A stretch of DNA of 64,000 nucleotides from Squalus acanthias. Lineage: Eukaryota. This document shows, piece by piece, positions 61,980 to 64,000 of this stretch (position 1 is the first letter of the stretch; every line of letters starts with the position of its first letter). A program made the translations under genes and the position numbers. Where the stretch lies: NCBI GenBank assembly GCA_030390025.1, contig CM059449.1, positions 17,050,001 through 17,114,000 of the forward strand, given 5' to 3'. A model generated the notes under the pieces. The model had not been told where the DNA came from. It did not search any database and saw nothing but the letters and a program-made list of their open reading frames with translations.

Positions 61980-62437
61980 TCTTGCATTTCTATAGCGCAT
62001 TTCACGACAAAAGGACATCCCAAAGTGCTTTGCAGCCAATGAAGAACTTATGAAGTGGAGTCACTGTTGTAATGTAAGAAACGCAGCAGCCAATTTCTGC
62101 ACAGCAAGCTCCCACAAACAGCAATGTGATAATAATCAGATAATCTGTTTTTGTTATGTTGGTTGAGGGATAAATATTGGCCACTGCACCCGGGATAGCT
62201 GCCCTGCTCTTCTTCGAGATAGTGCCATGGGATCTTTTACATCCAACTGAGAGGGCAGACGGGGCCTCGGTTTAATGTCTCATCCGATAGACGGCACCTC
62301 CGACAGTGCAGCACCCCCTCAGTACGACACTGGAATATCAGCCTAGATTTTTGTGCTCAAGTCTCTGGAGTGAGATTTGAACCCACAACTTTCTGACTCA
62401 GAGGCGACAGTCCTACCCACTGAGCTATGGCTGACGC
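61980..62437 (-). mobile_element. Deu-domain SINE, full length
   Basis: Head tagctcagtgggtagga...ggttcaaatc, core cggatgagacattaaaccgaggccccgtctgccctctc. Confidence 0.82.
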
Positions 62438-64000
62438 CGATATGATAGCAATTGATGTTTGATTTTTACTCTGGAGTCCAAGATTGTTTTGGACATTCTA
62501 GGATATATTTCTCTTAAATCCTGTTGTACAGAAATACATGATCAGAGGTCTCGAGCGAATGTTTAAAATAGGGTATCTAGCGTAGCACAAACATTATGTA
62601 CAGCCCATAATTTATGTAATCTTTTGCCCATTTCTGTTGGAAACTCTACCAATTCACTGTTGTATTAATTGCGGTACAGTTAAGGTACTGTTCCCCATGA
62701 AAGGGTATGATGCTTCATTAAGCGCTGATCTTTTTCCCATTGTCCTATTTATCCTCACACTTTCTATTTTCCTTGTGATGAGATTTGTCACTCTGTTTCA
62801 TTACTTTGTTTTCTAATACTTGTTTTTCTTTGAGCATCGTGAACTGCTGTAAATGTTGCTGTTCAGCTTTATACCGAAAACCAGAACTGGTATTTTTCCC
62901 CCTGCAAAATATCTGTATGCGGGAAATAAGTGTACGGTGCCCCTGCCCCATCGTCACCAACACCCAAATCCATCAGTTGACAAGTAATCTACAAATGGAA
63001 ATAACTTGGTCTGAAATTCATTTTTCTGTTACTTTTGTGAAAGAACGAACCTACTTTTTATAAAAAGCTAAAACAAGGAGAACATTTTCAGGTAAACATG
63101 TAAAGAGCTGGTATCCTCGTCTCCGACAGCCTAATGTCTTGCTTTTTATCAAGTATCCACGCATAAACCCACCAATAAATGCAATGTTTTCGGGTAAAGC
63201 AGTGGAGCCTATATGTTATGTTTCAATCATTCTAATCTGGCACAATTTGCATAAAATAAATAATGGTTTCCGTCATTTTATTCCAATTTGGGGTCATAAT
63301 AGTGGCAGTAAAGGTGAATATCTGGTACTATTGCTGAAAGGCGAAACCATGGTAATACTCGAACTGGAAATCTGAATAAGGTGGTTACAAACGCACCAGA
63401 TTTTTACACTATGATTGTGATTTACAATAAATGTGATTGCCATTGAAACTATTGAAATTAACTTTTCAAATTTTATTTTGATGAATATGTTTCCTCATCA
63501 CGGAGGCAATGGAAGTACTGAACATTCAACCCATGTGGGACCTTTTTCTCCTCCCCCAAATATTGCATCTAACGCCGACTTCAGACTGCCCACTTCCGAT
63601 GATGATGGTGATTTTCCATTTCCTAACGGCCTTCTCACAGTCCATCTTTCGACTCAATGCATTCAGGAGAAATAAGCTTCCCCATAGGCTGCACGCAAAC
63701 TTTTATTTTATTCCTTCTGGGGAAGGTGGGCGTCGCTAGTTCATCCCTAGTTGCACTTGAGAAGGTGGGGGTGGGCCTCCTCCTTGAGTCACTGCAGTCC
63801 GTGGGGTGAAGGTACTCCCAAAATGCTGTTAGGTAGAGAGTTCCTGGATTTTTGACCAAGCGACAATGAAGGAAAGACGATATATGATGATACAATTCGG
63901 GATGGTGTGTGACTTGGAGGGGAACTTGGAGGTGATGGTGTACCCATGCACCTCGGTTGTTCCTACGAACTACATTTCCATCGGAGTTTAATTGTTTGAT

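Overview
This is a repeat-rich eukaryotic window, very likely from a cartilaginous fish (shark-type CR1 LINEs, Deu-domain SINEs, Penelope remnants); the species cannot be told from the sequence. The host genes form a cluster of single V-domain (germline VJ-type), NKp30/NCR3-like immune receptors. Gene 1 (minus strand, 6041->1202) has an uncharged poly-Ile TM and a Tyr-motif tail, so it looks inhibitory. Gene 3 (plus strand, 57508->~60047) has a ~95%-identical V exon but an Arg-containing TM and a short tail, so it looks activating. Gene 2 (plus strand, ~8770-15469) is a frameshifted V exon with a Lys-containing TM. A decayed array of repeated 22-nt + 35-nt cytoplasmic mini-exon pairs with YxxI motifs lies at 19.1-22.3 kb and has the same architecture as the gene 1 tail. 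A defective ERV (521-bp LTRs, integrase and env remnants) is inserted in a Penelope GIY-YIG region and carries two template-switch rearrangements. A ~13.7-kb tandem array of seven ~2-kb units is built from CR1/SINE debris and contains hammerhead-bearing Penelope inserts. Exon models, alignments and counts were made by eye and need RNA-seq and alignment confirmation.
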